A stretch of 57,308 nucleotides of DNA, filler included, from Sphacelaria rigidula (GCA_964200075.2; 6 parts of 6 records of this genome joined end to end with filler, not necessarily neighbours in it), one strand, 5' to 3'. Counted from the whole stretch's first letter, positions 45,714-57,308 are shown. The notes: generated by a model from the letters alone, not told the origin. Numbers and translations: made by a program.

Positions 45714-46552
45714 CTGCGGAGAAATCGATGCGATACTTGGAAAGCGACAAAAAAATGCGCATCACGGGTTACGTTTTTGTTTCGTCTTGTACCAACTACC
45801 GACAGTCCGTGCATGTCCAAACTGGTTATACCAGTTATAGTGAACCGTTGAAGACACCTCCATGCGTTCAGTCCAAAACAGTACTCCTACTACAGTCAGT
45901 CAGTATGAAGGCAAGGCGAGATATGGGATGGCCTGTACTCAAGCATGAGATGGCCTGCATTACCACACAACGTACGGAACTTCCGTTGAGTATGCGAGTT
46001 TTCGGCATACACATATCCGATGTGCGAGATGGGATATAGAAAATGCTGTTCTCCCTGAATCAGCAACCAGATGTTTGCATCATTCGTGTGTGTGGGTATG
46101 ACACGTTCATCACCAGGCTACCGGATTCATAAAGGGATCAATCCTAGAATTGCGGCATAATAACGTTGCGGGCACGAACCTCCACAGAATCAGGAGGTGC
46201 CCTATACAGGACACACAGCACTGTCGTATAGACTGTTTATCATACACGGGGGATAACATGGTGTCCGTCTGCAAAATCATACGTTTCCCTGCTTTGCTGT
46301 ACCCGTCATCGCTACAGCAGTCAATGGACCTGGTCGGTATGGGCTGGACCAGCGTTGAAGTGGATGTAGAACCGTCCCAACCACAACTTATCGACGCGGA
46401 CACAAACGGGCCGTGATATCTTGTTGATGGTGTAATCTAATAGCAGATGCCCATCTACACAGAAACTCGGGCAGATGCGCTCTCCTTGATAGCCGCCATG
46501 TCGACTAAATCCCGTGACTTGAAAAGATACAGTATCTCGATACTCGAGTCTT

Positions 46553-46897
46553 CTGGTGGCTCAGTTGGTAACCTCGAAACCTCCTGACGGTTGCGCCGTC
46601 GATTCGAATCTAGGTGCAGGCCCTCAATCTGGGATATTTTCTCACACAAAATCCAGCAGTGTAGAGCGACCGTGTCGTGGGTACACAAAATTTAAAATTC
46701 GACTTGCCGATCGACCGGGGAAAGGGACTGTTGGTTGAACCCCTCTGGCGATAAAAAGGAAGGTAAAAAACTAAAACAAATAAAAACAAGAAAAATCCCG
46801 TGTTGGCCCTTCTCCTGTGTGACCCCAGCTGAATTGCCCGCGTAAACCGAAATGTGTGGACTGTTTTCCAAAACAGATGGTATGACAACACAACACA
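46553..46897 (+). mobile_element. tRNA-derived SINE, family 1 (diverged copy)
   Basis: GGTGGCTCAGTTGG, GATTCGAATC, body matching 23932-24282, ACAACACAACAC tail. Confidence 0.8.
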
Positions 46898-47741
46898 GTC
46901 TATGGGGAACCTCGTCACCACATAATACGCAAATGGCGCTGAATTTTCAACTTTTCGGTGTGGACGCTCCTTGTGGCACGGGGAAACAATAGATACCCTT
47001 ACGTTTGCCTGATTCCTTATCCGATAGATATGGCTTGCCTTGTCATTCCATGCCGGATTCCAGATATTGCACTAAATCACCAAATCAGTGTATAATTTCT
47101 TATACTAAAACTCATGACCGAAAGTATATCATGAGTAACTTAATTGATGATTGTTTGGGGATGGGATGGATGGTTGCCTGAAAATATTTTTTGGATATTA
47201 TTTTTGGACAAGGGAAGGACCATAGAATAGCGACGTCTTGGCCCAACTTGTTCTACTATGCCCTTGCAATATTCCATTCCAAATTTCAAAGCACAAGTCT
47301 CAAAACCGAGATGCTATTTATTTATTCGGGACTCACGGTAAAACATGTAAAACAAATATAGTTAGGCCGCTCCTTATAACAGAATAAAATGAAAATCTGG
47401 GAAAGTGCCTTTATGGAGCTGTGACGTCGTTTTACGCCCTGGAATTGAGCTAGGCGGAGTTTGATGCCTTGGCATGACTTGTTTCACTAGTTAAGGCGGT
47501 TGCAGGACATCTTCCCGTTTTCCGGTGGCCGCAATCTTTACTTTGGCCGAACAAAAGTTATCGTCGTAAAACGTTAAAAAAAAAAGTCAAATCTGTATAA
47601 AGGCCGCAGTTATAATTTTGGCCAAACCGAGAGTGCCCCAAAAAAACCCTCCGACACCCTATGTACCCCCCCCCCCCCCCCCCGCAGCGACCACGAGCCA
47701 CCGACGCACAACCTCCGCCACCAACCACTCGCTGCCCACCC

Positions 47742-47841
47742 NNNNNNNNNNNNNNNNNNNNNNNNNNNNNNNNNNNNNNNNNNNNTTAATTAATTAANNN
47801 NNNNNNNNNNNNNNNNNNNNNNNNNNNNNNNNNNNNNNNNN
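47742..47841. other. Artificial contig linker
   Basis: Same N44-TTAATTAATTAA-N44 structure. Confidence 0.98.
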
Positions 47842-47969
47842 CCATCAACCATTTGACGGCGAAAATTAGGCAATCTGTTGAAGTGGCATCAATTTCACTC
47901 AATAAGAGTGTCCATGATCCAGATTTGCTACCGTGCTCAGTCCATGAGCTTACACAACGCACACAGCTA

Positions 47970-48800
47970 TCACCGGTGCTCATGTACCTTGGCTGTCGAT
48001 CCACTGATCGTGGGGGCGAAGCCGGAGAAACGCCACGTTGCGGTTGTCGTGTGCTCAACTGTCCTGATATTTCTGGAGCCTGTTTCGTACAATGGGTCAT
48101 GTCTGTGATGTTGAATCCGGGGTTGTCCGTGTTTCGGGAGATATCGGTCGCTACTGTTGGTCGAGTGTTCTTTGCTGTCTATGGACGACTTTCGCACAAC
48201 GGGATAGTCTGTCATGTTGAATCCGTGGTCGTCGTTTACCGTGTTTTGGGCGATATCGGTCGCTGCTCTTGGTCGATTGTTGTATTACTTCTTCCGTTTC
48301 TCTTATATATCCACTACATTGCGGGTATTGTCTGCTTCGTTGTTGCCCACGAAGGAGAGGGAATGAATATTCTATGCCTTGTCAGTTGCTGTTTCTGGAC
48401 CCTGTTCCGTACGATGGGCGTTTCTGCGGTGCAACAGTACTGAACTCATGGTTGCGAACAATCGTGTGTGTCCGTCGCAAGTCTTTGTGTCCCCAGGTAT
48501 TGGGTTCCTATTCGTTGCTGTGGGTGGAAAACATAAATGGGTGTCTTCGTATCTGTTCTTCGACGGTGGAGGTAGTCTTTTGCCCGTTCTACCGTATCGG
48601 TACAATCTTCAAAACATCATTAAGCCTCTTCTCCATGCCCTGCCCCCGGGACACGGGTCTCCACATGCACACAGCGCAATATACTGTACTTGAAGCTATG
48701 ATCTGTTCCGTCACCTAATGCGAGCAACGATGACCGGTCCTCATGTACCTTGGCTATCGATCTCATTGAGCGTGGCGGCGGAAGCCGCCGAACCCCTCGT
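47970..48800 (-). mobile_element. Penelope-like element relic (GIY-YIG endonuclease) bounded by ~65-bp direct repeats
   Basis: Minus strand QCSGYIRETEE (cf. C...YIGET) and IAQNTVNDDHGFNM (cf. LA.H....H.F); direct repeats ACCGGT.CTCATGTACCTTGGCT.TCGATC at 47972 and 48733. Confidence 0.55.
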
Positions 48801-48939
48801 ATGTATATATATATATATATGTATACCCGGTTCGAAGCAGTACACCTACTGTGGGCCAAGTCATCGGAATTCGATGAGATGAGAAGTTTGCTATAATAGT
48901 TGAAGCGTCATTTTGATGCCCCTTCTCTGAACACAACAG

Positions 48940-49053
48940 CTTCCAGACTGGGTGTGGACATGATCCCCTGGACGCGGGATGCTGTTACGTGGACTCTTCA
49001 ATCAGCTCTTGGACGTGCGAATACTGCGACGACTACGTGTTGGATGATAACAC
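48940..49053 (+). CDS. Exon of a Cys-rich multi-EGF-domain protein (FQTGCGHDPLDAGCCYVDSSISSWTCEYCDDYVLDDNT)
   Basis: aacag| acceptor and |gtgagt donor; phase matches the next exon (AC+T = Thr). Confidence 0.8.
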
Positions 49054-49109
49054 GTGAGTGACAAATTTTCTTGCGCGGGGTTTTGTGTAGTTGCAGCGGG
49101 TGCTGCTTT

Positions 49110-49195
49110 ACTTATTCCTCATCATTATACTGTTATCATTCAATATAATTATTAATAACATACTAACTATAACAATAACAATAGCAATATTAGTG

Positions 49196-49270
<75 letters not shown>

Positions 49271-49800
49271 CTAATAGTACTAGTACTAATAGTAGTAGTA
49301 GTAGTAATAATAATAACAATAGTAATAATATTATTAATAGTATTTGTATTAATAGTAATAATCATAATCATAATCATAATCATAATCATAATAATCATTT
49401 TCACAATAATCATAATCATGATAATGATAATAATAGTAATAATAATCATAATAATCATAAGCATAATCATGATAATGATAATGATAGTCATAGTCATAGT
49501 AGTATTTGCTTGTCGCACTGTGAACATTTCCCCGTCCTCGGGACGAGTCCGTGGTCTCAAGGGATCAACCCATGTCTCCCCGGTACACGCCTTGCATTTC
49601 GGTTTCGCGGATTGAGTCAGCACATCTACACCGCATCAAGTCTCATCAAACAAGCTTAGTCGACTACTTTTTGTTCTCTCACGTACTCTCGCTGTCGACG
49701 GTATAAATCAGATAATTGGAAGAAGAAACCCAACGCATCGGGAATTGAACCCACGTCCACCCTAATGGTGACAGTCGGACCATTCTATTCCACCGCCCGT
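49110..49800 (-). mobile_element. tRNA-derived SINE, family 2, with LINE-like 3' end and an expanded (ATT/ACT/ATG)n tail
   Basis: Minus-strand A box TGGAATAGAATGG and B box GGTTCAATTCC at 49792-49741; 3' end GACCACGGACTCGTCCCGAGGACGGGG; trinucleotide tract 49110-49505. Confidence 0.6.
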
Positions 49801-50335
49801 GCGCGGCGGCTGTGAGTCTACACGAAGAAACTGAACGCTATGTCACAAATCTAAGTAGCTGTTGCCACGTACACTTGTACATCCCGGGTAGATGCTATAC
49901 GCCGAAAACCGCCTCGACACTCAGGAAAGCAAAGGTACACCATACCATCAGAGTATTACGGACGTGTGAATATACCTTGACAGTTTTCATTCCGTGTGAA
50001 TGACACCGCACTGGTAACCACAATGTCGTATGCATGTCAACATGGACAAAATGTGAAAGCACACCATGAACGGGTCAAGTCTGACTCGTACAGTGTGCAT
50101 TGCAAGCTATTTTTCCGAGTGTTCCAACGTCTTGGCGAGTCATTTCGAAAATGCATAAAAAATTCGTGTGTCTATGTGACGTATGTATGTATGTTGCGAT
50201 TTTAATCGAAACTATGGTATGGAAATCAAGCGCCCAACAAAAGACAAACTATTTCGCAATTCAAGGGTCAGGCTCGGTCAAGCCTTTCCGACCCAATGCC
50301 CATTTCTCTTCTGTATTTTTCTCTTCATCTCTGTC

Positions 50336-50337
<2 letters not shown>

Positions 50338-50407
<70 letters not shown>

Positions 50408-50431
50408 CCTGTCTCCGTCCGTCTGTCTGTC
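50338..50431 (+). repeat. (CTGT)n microsatellite forming the pyrimidine-rich tract before an acceptor site
   Basis: About 15 perfect TGTC units plus degenerate units, ending just upstream of cag|50444. Confidence 0.95.
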
Positions 50432-50443
50432 TCTCCATCGCAG

Positions 50444-50644
50444 TTTCACGTGCTCGGGCGACGCTTTGCTCGACGTCTACACCGACGTCGACGACATTCC
50501 CTCGAGGTTTATGGGCGCTAGCGGAGAAGTGAATCTATGTGGACCGGATCTTAGTCCGCTACCACCCTACGAGAACGCTGATCCTACGAGAGACGACTGG
50601 AGGTACAGCAGCCACAATCTCGAGTCGAACGTCACCTCGGGCAG
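50444..50644 (+). CDS. Exon of the EGF-domain gene (FTCSGDALLDVYTDV...HNLESNVTSGR)
   Basis: cgcag| acceptor and |gttagt donor; 201 bp; phase 2/2, consistent with both neighbours. Confidence 0.85.
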
Positions 50645-51913
50645 GTTAGTACTGCACTTCCGGCACTTAACCACCGTCTTTCAGGAGTCTTGTATCTTCA
50701 TGCTGTCACACGAGTACAGTGGTAAGTGTCCAATGAAGAGGTCCTTCCTTATCAACAACGGTTTAAGTGTCTTGGAAACCCAGCCCGCGGGTTCGGTTTG
50801 TGTTTGTTATATGAGGGCCCCTACGGGATTTTCGTCTCCGATTAGAAATGGATATCGAAAACCTCTCCAGACCTCACGAAGGACGATTGGGTTCTACCAC
50901 CGTCTCCACCTCAAGTTTTACGTCACCTCAGGGAGGCCGGTCGTGAAATTCCAGGAGCGTCGGTTACGGAGTACAACAACCTGAAGTTACACCTGTACCG
51001 ATCATGTTTTTTTTCTCGAGAACTGCGTCGGAAGTTGCGTCGTTGAAAAGACTCTCGTCGAGATCTTTCGATATGCAGAATAACTAGGTAGCGCAGGAGA
51101 ATTGTACAACTTCACCAAGGGTACGTACGACCTGTGGTCATAGTAGTCATGTGTGATGCAATACGATCAAAGTCGCCGATCAAGCGCCCTAGATAAAGAG
51201 GGCATTGGAAGCTGAAAGCCCACCCGTGCGGCTCGTTGTACGAGTTACTTTATTTTCGGAGTGGGTAATTATCAACCTCTGAAGGTGGTACCGGATTTCT
51301 TATGTATTTTTTTTCTTTCACAAACGGCCAAAGCCAAGCCCACGGTAAACGAGCTGGAACGAGTCCATACTGAGGATATACCCTACAAAGCGGCATATCC
51401 GTTGACTGCATGCGAACGGTTACTTCTGACTAGACGTTTCGTTTCTTCGAAGGAAGAGCAGAGCATTCTTCGTGTCCGTTTCTTCGACCTCACTCCGAGT
51501 TTACCGGGCGAATGGTTTGGGATCGCTATTCAGTACATTCGAATGACAAAGGCGACACCCAAACACAGGTTCACGGACCACAGCGGAGCAAGTAGCGTGT
51601 TGTTTGGTAGAGATCTATACGCGCGGGAGGCTCAGTGCGCTCCTACGGTGGATGCCGGTATATGCGTGCGTCGTGCTAGCTGACTGCTATATTTCGCCGT
51701 GACAGTGAACATGACGCTTGTTACAGCAGATGCGAATCTGAAATCGGGCTGCTGCCACAGTACCGCTTGCGCAGGCGGCACCGTGGTCGGGCCGGGTGCC
51801 GTGAGGCACAGCATCATTGCTCATGCAACAGTCAAAGGCTACATGGTTGCAGAAGAAAATACGATAAAGCAGAAGGAAACAAGAACATGCTGGGATATAT
51901 ACACACAATAGGT

Positions 51914-53415
51914 GGTAGGGGTGGGGTACGTACCCTGGGGTACCCCGAATTTTCAGGGTATTTGGAGTAAGCAGTACGCCAGGGTACGCACGGATATATC
52001 GGCTGCCGAAAATACGTCGTATCCCAGAGTGCTCAGGCTATCGACAGCCAAAAACACCCAGTGGTCTCAAGCCCTCAGAGCATCAACCTGCTGAAAGTAC
52101 TGAGTACCGTAGGGTACCTCGGGTACCCGCCCCCGGAATATCGGGTGCCGCACCGGGGGAACTGAGTACACATACTGAGCACCTCCGGTACCCAGGGCAT
52201 CGGTTGTGAACAAAATTCAGTATTCCAGGGTCCTCGGGTACTCACCCCCCGACGTACCCGGTATTGTACCCGGAGTACTGAGTAAAATCATGTACGGAGA
52301 GCCTCGCGTGCCCATGGTGTCGGCTGTTCAAAATACCAAGTATTTCAGTGTAACGAGGGTATAGGCTGTTGAAATCACTCGGTGTTCCGGGGTACCCAGG
52401 GTATGGAACGCCGAAAACACTGAATACTTGAGAGCATCCGGGGTATAGACATCTCAAAATAGTCAGTATTCCCTAGTACATAACCAGGATCCGACACCAA
52501 CCTGTACTGGAAAGCTAGGTAACACTTTGATGTTCTCGAATCCTGTTGCCTGCACAAGAGCACGTTACGTGGTTTGCTTTCGGATGTTGGTATATGTTTT
52601 GGGCTGTTAGTTGTTTTGATGTTCACGTAGAGATCTATCGAAAATGGGAGTATTTCGTAATTGGTTCACCGTAGCGCCGGGTGCAGCGAAACATGTCAAA
52701 TGCACAATGTGTCAACGCATCCGTTCGCTGAACTTGGTTCAAACACACTGCTGTGTGTAAACTCAACGTATGTGCGAAAAGCCGTACCGTGAACCCCGAT
52801 CAAGCATCCAAGCCGGATTTGCACACATCAAAAGCCCCCCCCCCCCCCCCCCCATCCCCTTCTCTCTTTTAATCGCACACTGAGTTTGCAAAGTGCAGTA
52901 CTCCAGGGTACGCAGAGTACCGCCCCGCAAAAATAATACTAATTCCTCCAGATTATGCAGGCTATCGACTGCTGAAAGTACTGAATGCCTCCGGGTACCT
53001 CGGGTGCCCACCCGCCGAAATACCCGGTTTATTGCCAGGAATACTCAGTGCATTTACTGAGTTCTGCGCTTTGGTTTCAGCGTCGCACCCGAGACACGCC
53101 GCCCTAGGCACGTGGAATAGCACACAAAAACTGCGTAGGGATTTTATTTTTCCCACCGTCAAATTTGTCCTCTCTTTCGATTAATCAGGCCTCAGAAATC
53201 GTAGACTTGGTGATTCGAACTAGCGATGATTCGTTCCACCCTCGGTACTGAGTACCTGCACTCAGTACTCCGGGTTACCCGGGGTATCGAGGGCTCAAAA
53301 TTCTTACTTATTTCCAGAATACTCAGGGTACGGAGTGTCGAATACACTCAGTATTTCAGAGTACTCAACGTATCACCACGCCGAAATGCCCAACTTTGTA
53401 CCCTCTACCCTTACC
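51914..53415. mobile_element. Intronic non-autonomous DNA element rich in GTAC/GGGTACC/GAGTACTC motifs with imperfect TIRs (hAT-like), interrupted at ~52500-52880
   Basis: Starts GGTAGGGGTGGGGTAC and ends GTACCCTCTACCCTTACC; internal CTGCTGAAAGTACTGA...GGGTACCTCGGGT duplicated at ~52088 and ~52968. Confidence 0.55.
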
Positions 53416-53418
53416 GGC

Positions 53419-54125
53419 TTGATTTGATTGATTGATTGATTGTCTGAGACGTAACAAAAAAGCAACAACAAAAAAGTCAATGGAAGCAAAGCACATGAAG
53501 AAATTACCGACCTAAAGAAAAAAAGAAGGAAAAAGCCCAAAGGATTCAGGACAACAGATTGATTTGATTGATTTGATTGATTGATTGATTGTTGCACTTT
53601 AACTGACCCCCCAAGGGTCCAGCCGTGGTGTCATGAGGGACGTGCCCAAGAAAAACGAAACTGAAACACTCGCTGAAAAAAAGAAGGAACAGAACAAAAC
53701 AAAAAGTCGAACAGAACGACATAGCAGACTAAGTCGTAACAAACAAACAAAAAAGTCAACACAAGCAAAGCACAGAAAAAAGTGGCCGACCTGAAACAAA
53801 AAAAAAGGGGAAAAGAAGAGGAAAGTAAAGAGGGAATGAAACAAAATACAATGAAAGGAAGAGGCCCAAGGGATTCAGGGCAGTAGAGTAGATACAAATA
53901 CACACCAGTGGGCACCGAAGAGTCACCAACTAAGGAAATAATCAACAACCGATATGAGCAGACAGGATTCCCCGATTGGCAGCCCTCGACGCAGCAGCCT
54001 CTCGCTTGTGACGGCGGTCTGATTCCCGCTTGTCCGCGCGTCGCCACGTGTCCTCAGACTCTTCCGCTCCCTTTTCGACTCCAATATGCCGTTTGCTCAT
54101 GGTCTTCGCCGCAGTGACCCAATCG
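53419..54125 (-). mobile_element. 5'-truncated LINE (RTE-like) with ORF C-terminus, 3' UTR and (AATC)n tail; partial UTR duplicate at 53419-53557
   Basis: WVTAAKTMSKRHIGVEKGAEESEDTWRRADKRESDRRHKREA...*, then a T-rich UTR, GGACCCTTGGGGGGTCAGTTAAAGTGCAAC and (AATC)n. Confidence 0.7.
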
Positions 54126-54292
54126 TATGCATCATTGATATATATATATCGAGAAAAAGGTCAAAACACACGCATTCCACACATCCACACGAATCGATCA
54201 GTAAGATACCGTGATCTACTCGGCGACGTTTGTTTGTCCTTTCCCAGAGGTATCACATTGGCCCGTTGCATATGCCCCGCCGAAATATTCAG

Positions 54293-54431
54293 GTTTCTGT
54301 GTTCGCGGCTGGAGTTTGCACAAGGCGATTTCTTCGATGATGCTGGACTGGGTGGGAGCAGTGGGTTTGGCACCGATTCCGGTTTGCAGTCTGGTCGACA
54401 CGTGAGGGCGAATTACGACAACTACACCCAG
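54293..54431 (+). CDS. Exon of the EGF-domain gene (RFLCSRLEFAQGDFFDDAGLGG...NYDNYTQ)
   Basis: ttcag| acceptor and CAG|GTGAGC donor; 139 bp; phase 2/0. Confidence 0.85.
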
Positions 54432-54444
54432 GTGAGCAACCGAA

Positions 54445-54715
54445 CACTGGATTATGACGAAGTGAAACGACATGACCAGGTACCCCTGGATACGTTTCGG
54501 CCAAACCATGTCTACTCTCTGATGAGCTTCGTATGGAGCACGGCGCCCGACCAGCGCCAGTAGTTCTGGTGGACGCTCGACCAACCCAAGCATGGAAATT
54601 TTGCCGATGTACTTCAGAGCGTTCTCTGCCATCCAGATTGCCGAGGTTACGCTCTATAGAAACGTCGTATGCGGCTCCATCGAAGTCCTTCCAATAGATG
54701 TCATGTTGACGCATC
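54445..54715 (-). pseudogene. Possible gypsy 3' (chromodomain-adjacent) relic
   Basis: HDIYWKDFDGAAYDVSIERNL and LKYIG...IQGYLV weakly resemble gypsy pol C-termini; frameshifted. Confidence 0.3.
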
Positions 54716-55567
54716 GATCGTGAAAGTATTACGAGCTAACTTCTTGTAGAGTCAATTCTACTGCGGTCAGCGTCCGGGTTGGGTTTGGTGTCATGGGTTT
54801 GGTTTGGGTGACATGAATGACGGGCAGTGAAAAATCCTCTGTTCGTGCAACAAAGCAGCGAAAAGAGCATTATTTTGGAAAATGCATGTTCTTTTTTGTT
54901 TTTGTCGACGTAACTTTTGTAAAGCGCGGTAAAGCGCATTTACCATAAAGTTAACACTTTTGAAAACACCCATGTGTTAGTTGTCCAATCACTATGGGTT
55001 TCGCAAGTGTCATGTGACAAAGAAAAACGTATTCGAAACTCTAGACTTGATAAGATACACCTTGAACTCACCAAACGAAAAATACGTTTCCGACAGACAT
55101 CCTTTAGCATCGCGGGAAACAATTTCCGCCACAAATAGTGACGAGTCGACAAACACGCACATGAACAGCTTTGAGAGTTTTTAATGCCAGTTCGGAGGAC
55201 ACAATCTTAGGAGGGATGCATTCAGTTGAGATCACTTATTTTAGTTTTGCCCATTGATGTTCAGGTATACACCTGATCACGTCGTTCACCAACGTGAAAA
55301 CGTGATATTTACGATAGCCATCACTGGACGACTGTTTTTCTGTTATGATCACCCCTCTCGGCGCCACACATGTGCTATCCGTACGTGCCGTAATAAAAAG
55401 GCCTCGATGTCTCTTCGAAATACTGTGAAGTAATATTTTGAAGCACGGCTGAGCGTCGACCATTGAACGCAAATAATCCCCTGTACGGAGTGAGCCATTG
55501 TTGCGTAATCGATTGCTGTACATCGACAAATGAGCCCCGAAGAATCCAGCCAGCGGCCACGAAATCA

Positions 55568-55800
55568 ATATCATAATTATGATTATAACTATAGTTATCA
55601 TGATTATGATTATTATGATTATTACGATCATTATGATGATTACTATTATCATATTTCTATAAAATGATTATATTATTATTATTTCTGCACACTAGCCCGG
55701 TCTGTCGAACCCGTGGTCACAGACGTAGGCTCGTCCTTCCTATCGTCCATCCTATTCCTTACAAGAGATGGATTTCTCGTTGTTTCTCCCGAGACCCCCC
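55568..55800 (-). repeat. Non-LTR element 3' end with (AAT/CAT)n tail
   Basis: Reverse complement GTAAGGAATAGGATGGACGATAGGAAGGACGAGCCTACGTCTGTGACCACGGGTTCG matches 38112-38173 and 19787-19820. Confidence 0.65.
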
Positions 55801-55914
55801 CCCCAAAAGAACCACACCTGTAGAAAACCGGGCAAAAAGCTGTTATAAGTTAACCAGAAATTCCTGTTCCACTCGACGTCAACGTGTTGATTCTACTTCT
55901 TGAATATATACTAG

Positions 55915-56163
55915 GTGGATGATGACACATGGATCCAAGGAGAAGTTACCTCAGGCGAAGGAGTCTACCAGTGTCACAATGGAGGTAGTTGCCTTGCTCC
56001 GGATACTTGCTCCTGTTCCGACGGGTGGGACGGCTTTGACTGCGAAACCCCAATATGCCGACATTTACAGCCGTCGGGAGCAGTCTCCAGCTGTCAGAAC
56101 GGGGGTATTTGCGCGGCAAAAGACGACTGCTCTTGCGTCACCGCTGACAGCGTTCTGTGGCAG
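55915..56163 (+). CDS. Exon with tandem EGF-like domains (CHNGGSCLAPDTCSCSDGWDGFDC; CQNGGICAAKDDCSC)
   Basis: Canonical C.NGG.C...C.C..GW.G..C pattern; ctag| acceptor and CAG|GT donor; 249 bp, phase 0/0, in frame with the previous exon. Confidence 0.92.
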
Positions 56164-57308
56164 GTGATTTAGTAAACAACGACCATCTCTGTTTATACCG
56201 TGTGTGTTCGAAGTGACGATTTCGTCTCTCATCATTTAGTGCGACCGATACCAGCCGTGCAGATGTACTGCAGCAGTCCGCACAGATAAGGTAACCTAGG
56301 AGCTTGTTTTATGAGTAGAGTCGACGCCAGCGAAGAGAGAAATTTGCGGGGCGCCATCCTTTAGCTAGGAAATAAATTTTGCTTGTTCCTACAAGAGAAT
56401 ATTGTCGTGTGTGTAGTAGGGTTCTGCTCCTAACTAAGGCTTCGGTACGCGATAGGACGTCTTGTCGGAAGATATGCCTTTTGGTGGCATACGCTTTTCG
56501 TGTATGTTCAGAGCCATGTTCGTACGTGCCACGTCACCAAGCAAGCACGAAAACATCAAAGTGAATGTCAAATGCAGGGTGCAGCCATTGCTCGAAGAGC
56601 AGCACTTCATCACTCCATTCAAACAAACACGATTGGTAGCAACAGGACAAGAGAATGCGTCGTTTGATTCACACGTCGATGAACACGTCTAGTTCACCTT
56701 CGGGGAGCGAGTTGAGGTGCTTTGCTTCACATTGTGGCCCGAGGACGCGTGCAGCGTGTGTGTTGAGTAAAGTGGCAGGTTCCCCCACTCGAGTGCGCGG
56801 ACTCATCTGAGTGCTGTCAAAACCGCTGCGTGAAGACGCTTCCCTCTGGCGGCATTAGTGCAGGATTTCCCCCCACGAGCGGGCACAATTCGGCTCGCTC
56901 TCAATCGCACTGAAGTAGATCCCCACTATACTAGTCGCGCCTCAAGTGATGTTGAACGAAGCCGCGTGCACTCAAAAACATGAAAACGGCGGCGGGCGGT
57001 CTGTTCTTCCAACGCATTTCGTGATGCTGCTTTGATTGATTTCAAGGGTAAAAAAACATTTTACAAAAGTCCGCCGCCTCTCCCAATATGCACGGTGACT
57101 ATAGGTAGTAGCCCAATCGTACGTGAGAACCCGTTGAACCTGCGAGTGTGAATATTCTGGGGATCTTTGATGTACTGTAGCAACATTCAAACATTTAGGA
57201 TCAAGTCCCTACACGTTTTTGTCTTGATATGGACGTCATGCTGCGACAGGGGGGGGGCGTACTCATTTGTTGCTTGCCTTAGTCGTTTAAACCTTGACCA
57301 CACATCCC

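Noticed and set aside
49091..49623. Poly-Ile/Val hydrophobic ORFs on both strands (also 55236..55652)
   Set aside because: Translations of intronic trinucleotide microsatellite tails.
54518..54545. Hammerhead core CTGATGAG (also ~27390)
   Set aside because: No GAAA after a stem II and no flanking stems; both lie within decayed coding relics.
1..57308. Fanzor/TnpB, giant-virus insertion or prokaryotic defence operon
   Set aside because: I saw no RuvC motifs, viral hallmark genes or gene-dense intronless blocks by eye. Very decayed relics could be missed without an HMM search.

Overview
Eukaryotic, repeat-rich DNA of about 50% GC, most likely from a brown alga (Phaeophyceae or a related stramenopile). 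This rests on long introns, TTAGGG-type repeats and the repeat families present, and is inference rather than a database result. The window is not one locus. It is six unrelated contigs of 9469/9468/9468/9468/9468/9467 bp joined by artificial 100-bp linkers (44 N + TTAATTAATTAA + 44 N). Host genes are partial: a 4-exon stretch of a multi-EGF-domain gene (48940-56163, +), the last 3 exons of a long low-complexity/coiled-coil protein with a PAM2-like motif (17797-13683, -), a probable terminal exon of a membrane protein (37146-36441, -), and orphan exons. Most of the rest is decayed transposable elements: Ty3/gypsy, copia, a Helitron Rep/PIF1 helicase, pogo-like DDE, Penelope GIY-YIG, LINE 3' ends, two tRNA-derived SINE families, and several MITE or subterminal-repeat arrays. 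The most notable items are a TGT...ACA MITE family carrying internal telomere-like repeats, two related DUF6729/Mutator-like transposase relics, and Penelope terminal repeats with a degenerate hammerhead-like core. I found no intact novel multi-gene system, CRISPR array, rRNA or true tRNA. All protein-family calls are by-eye motif recognition; no searches were run.
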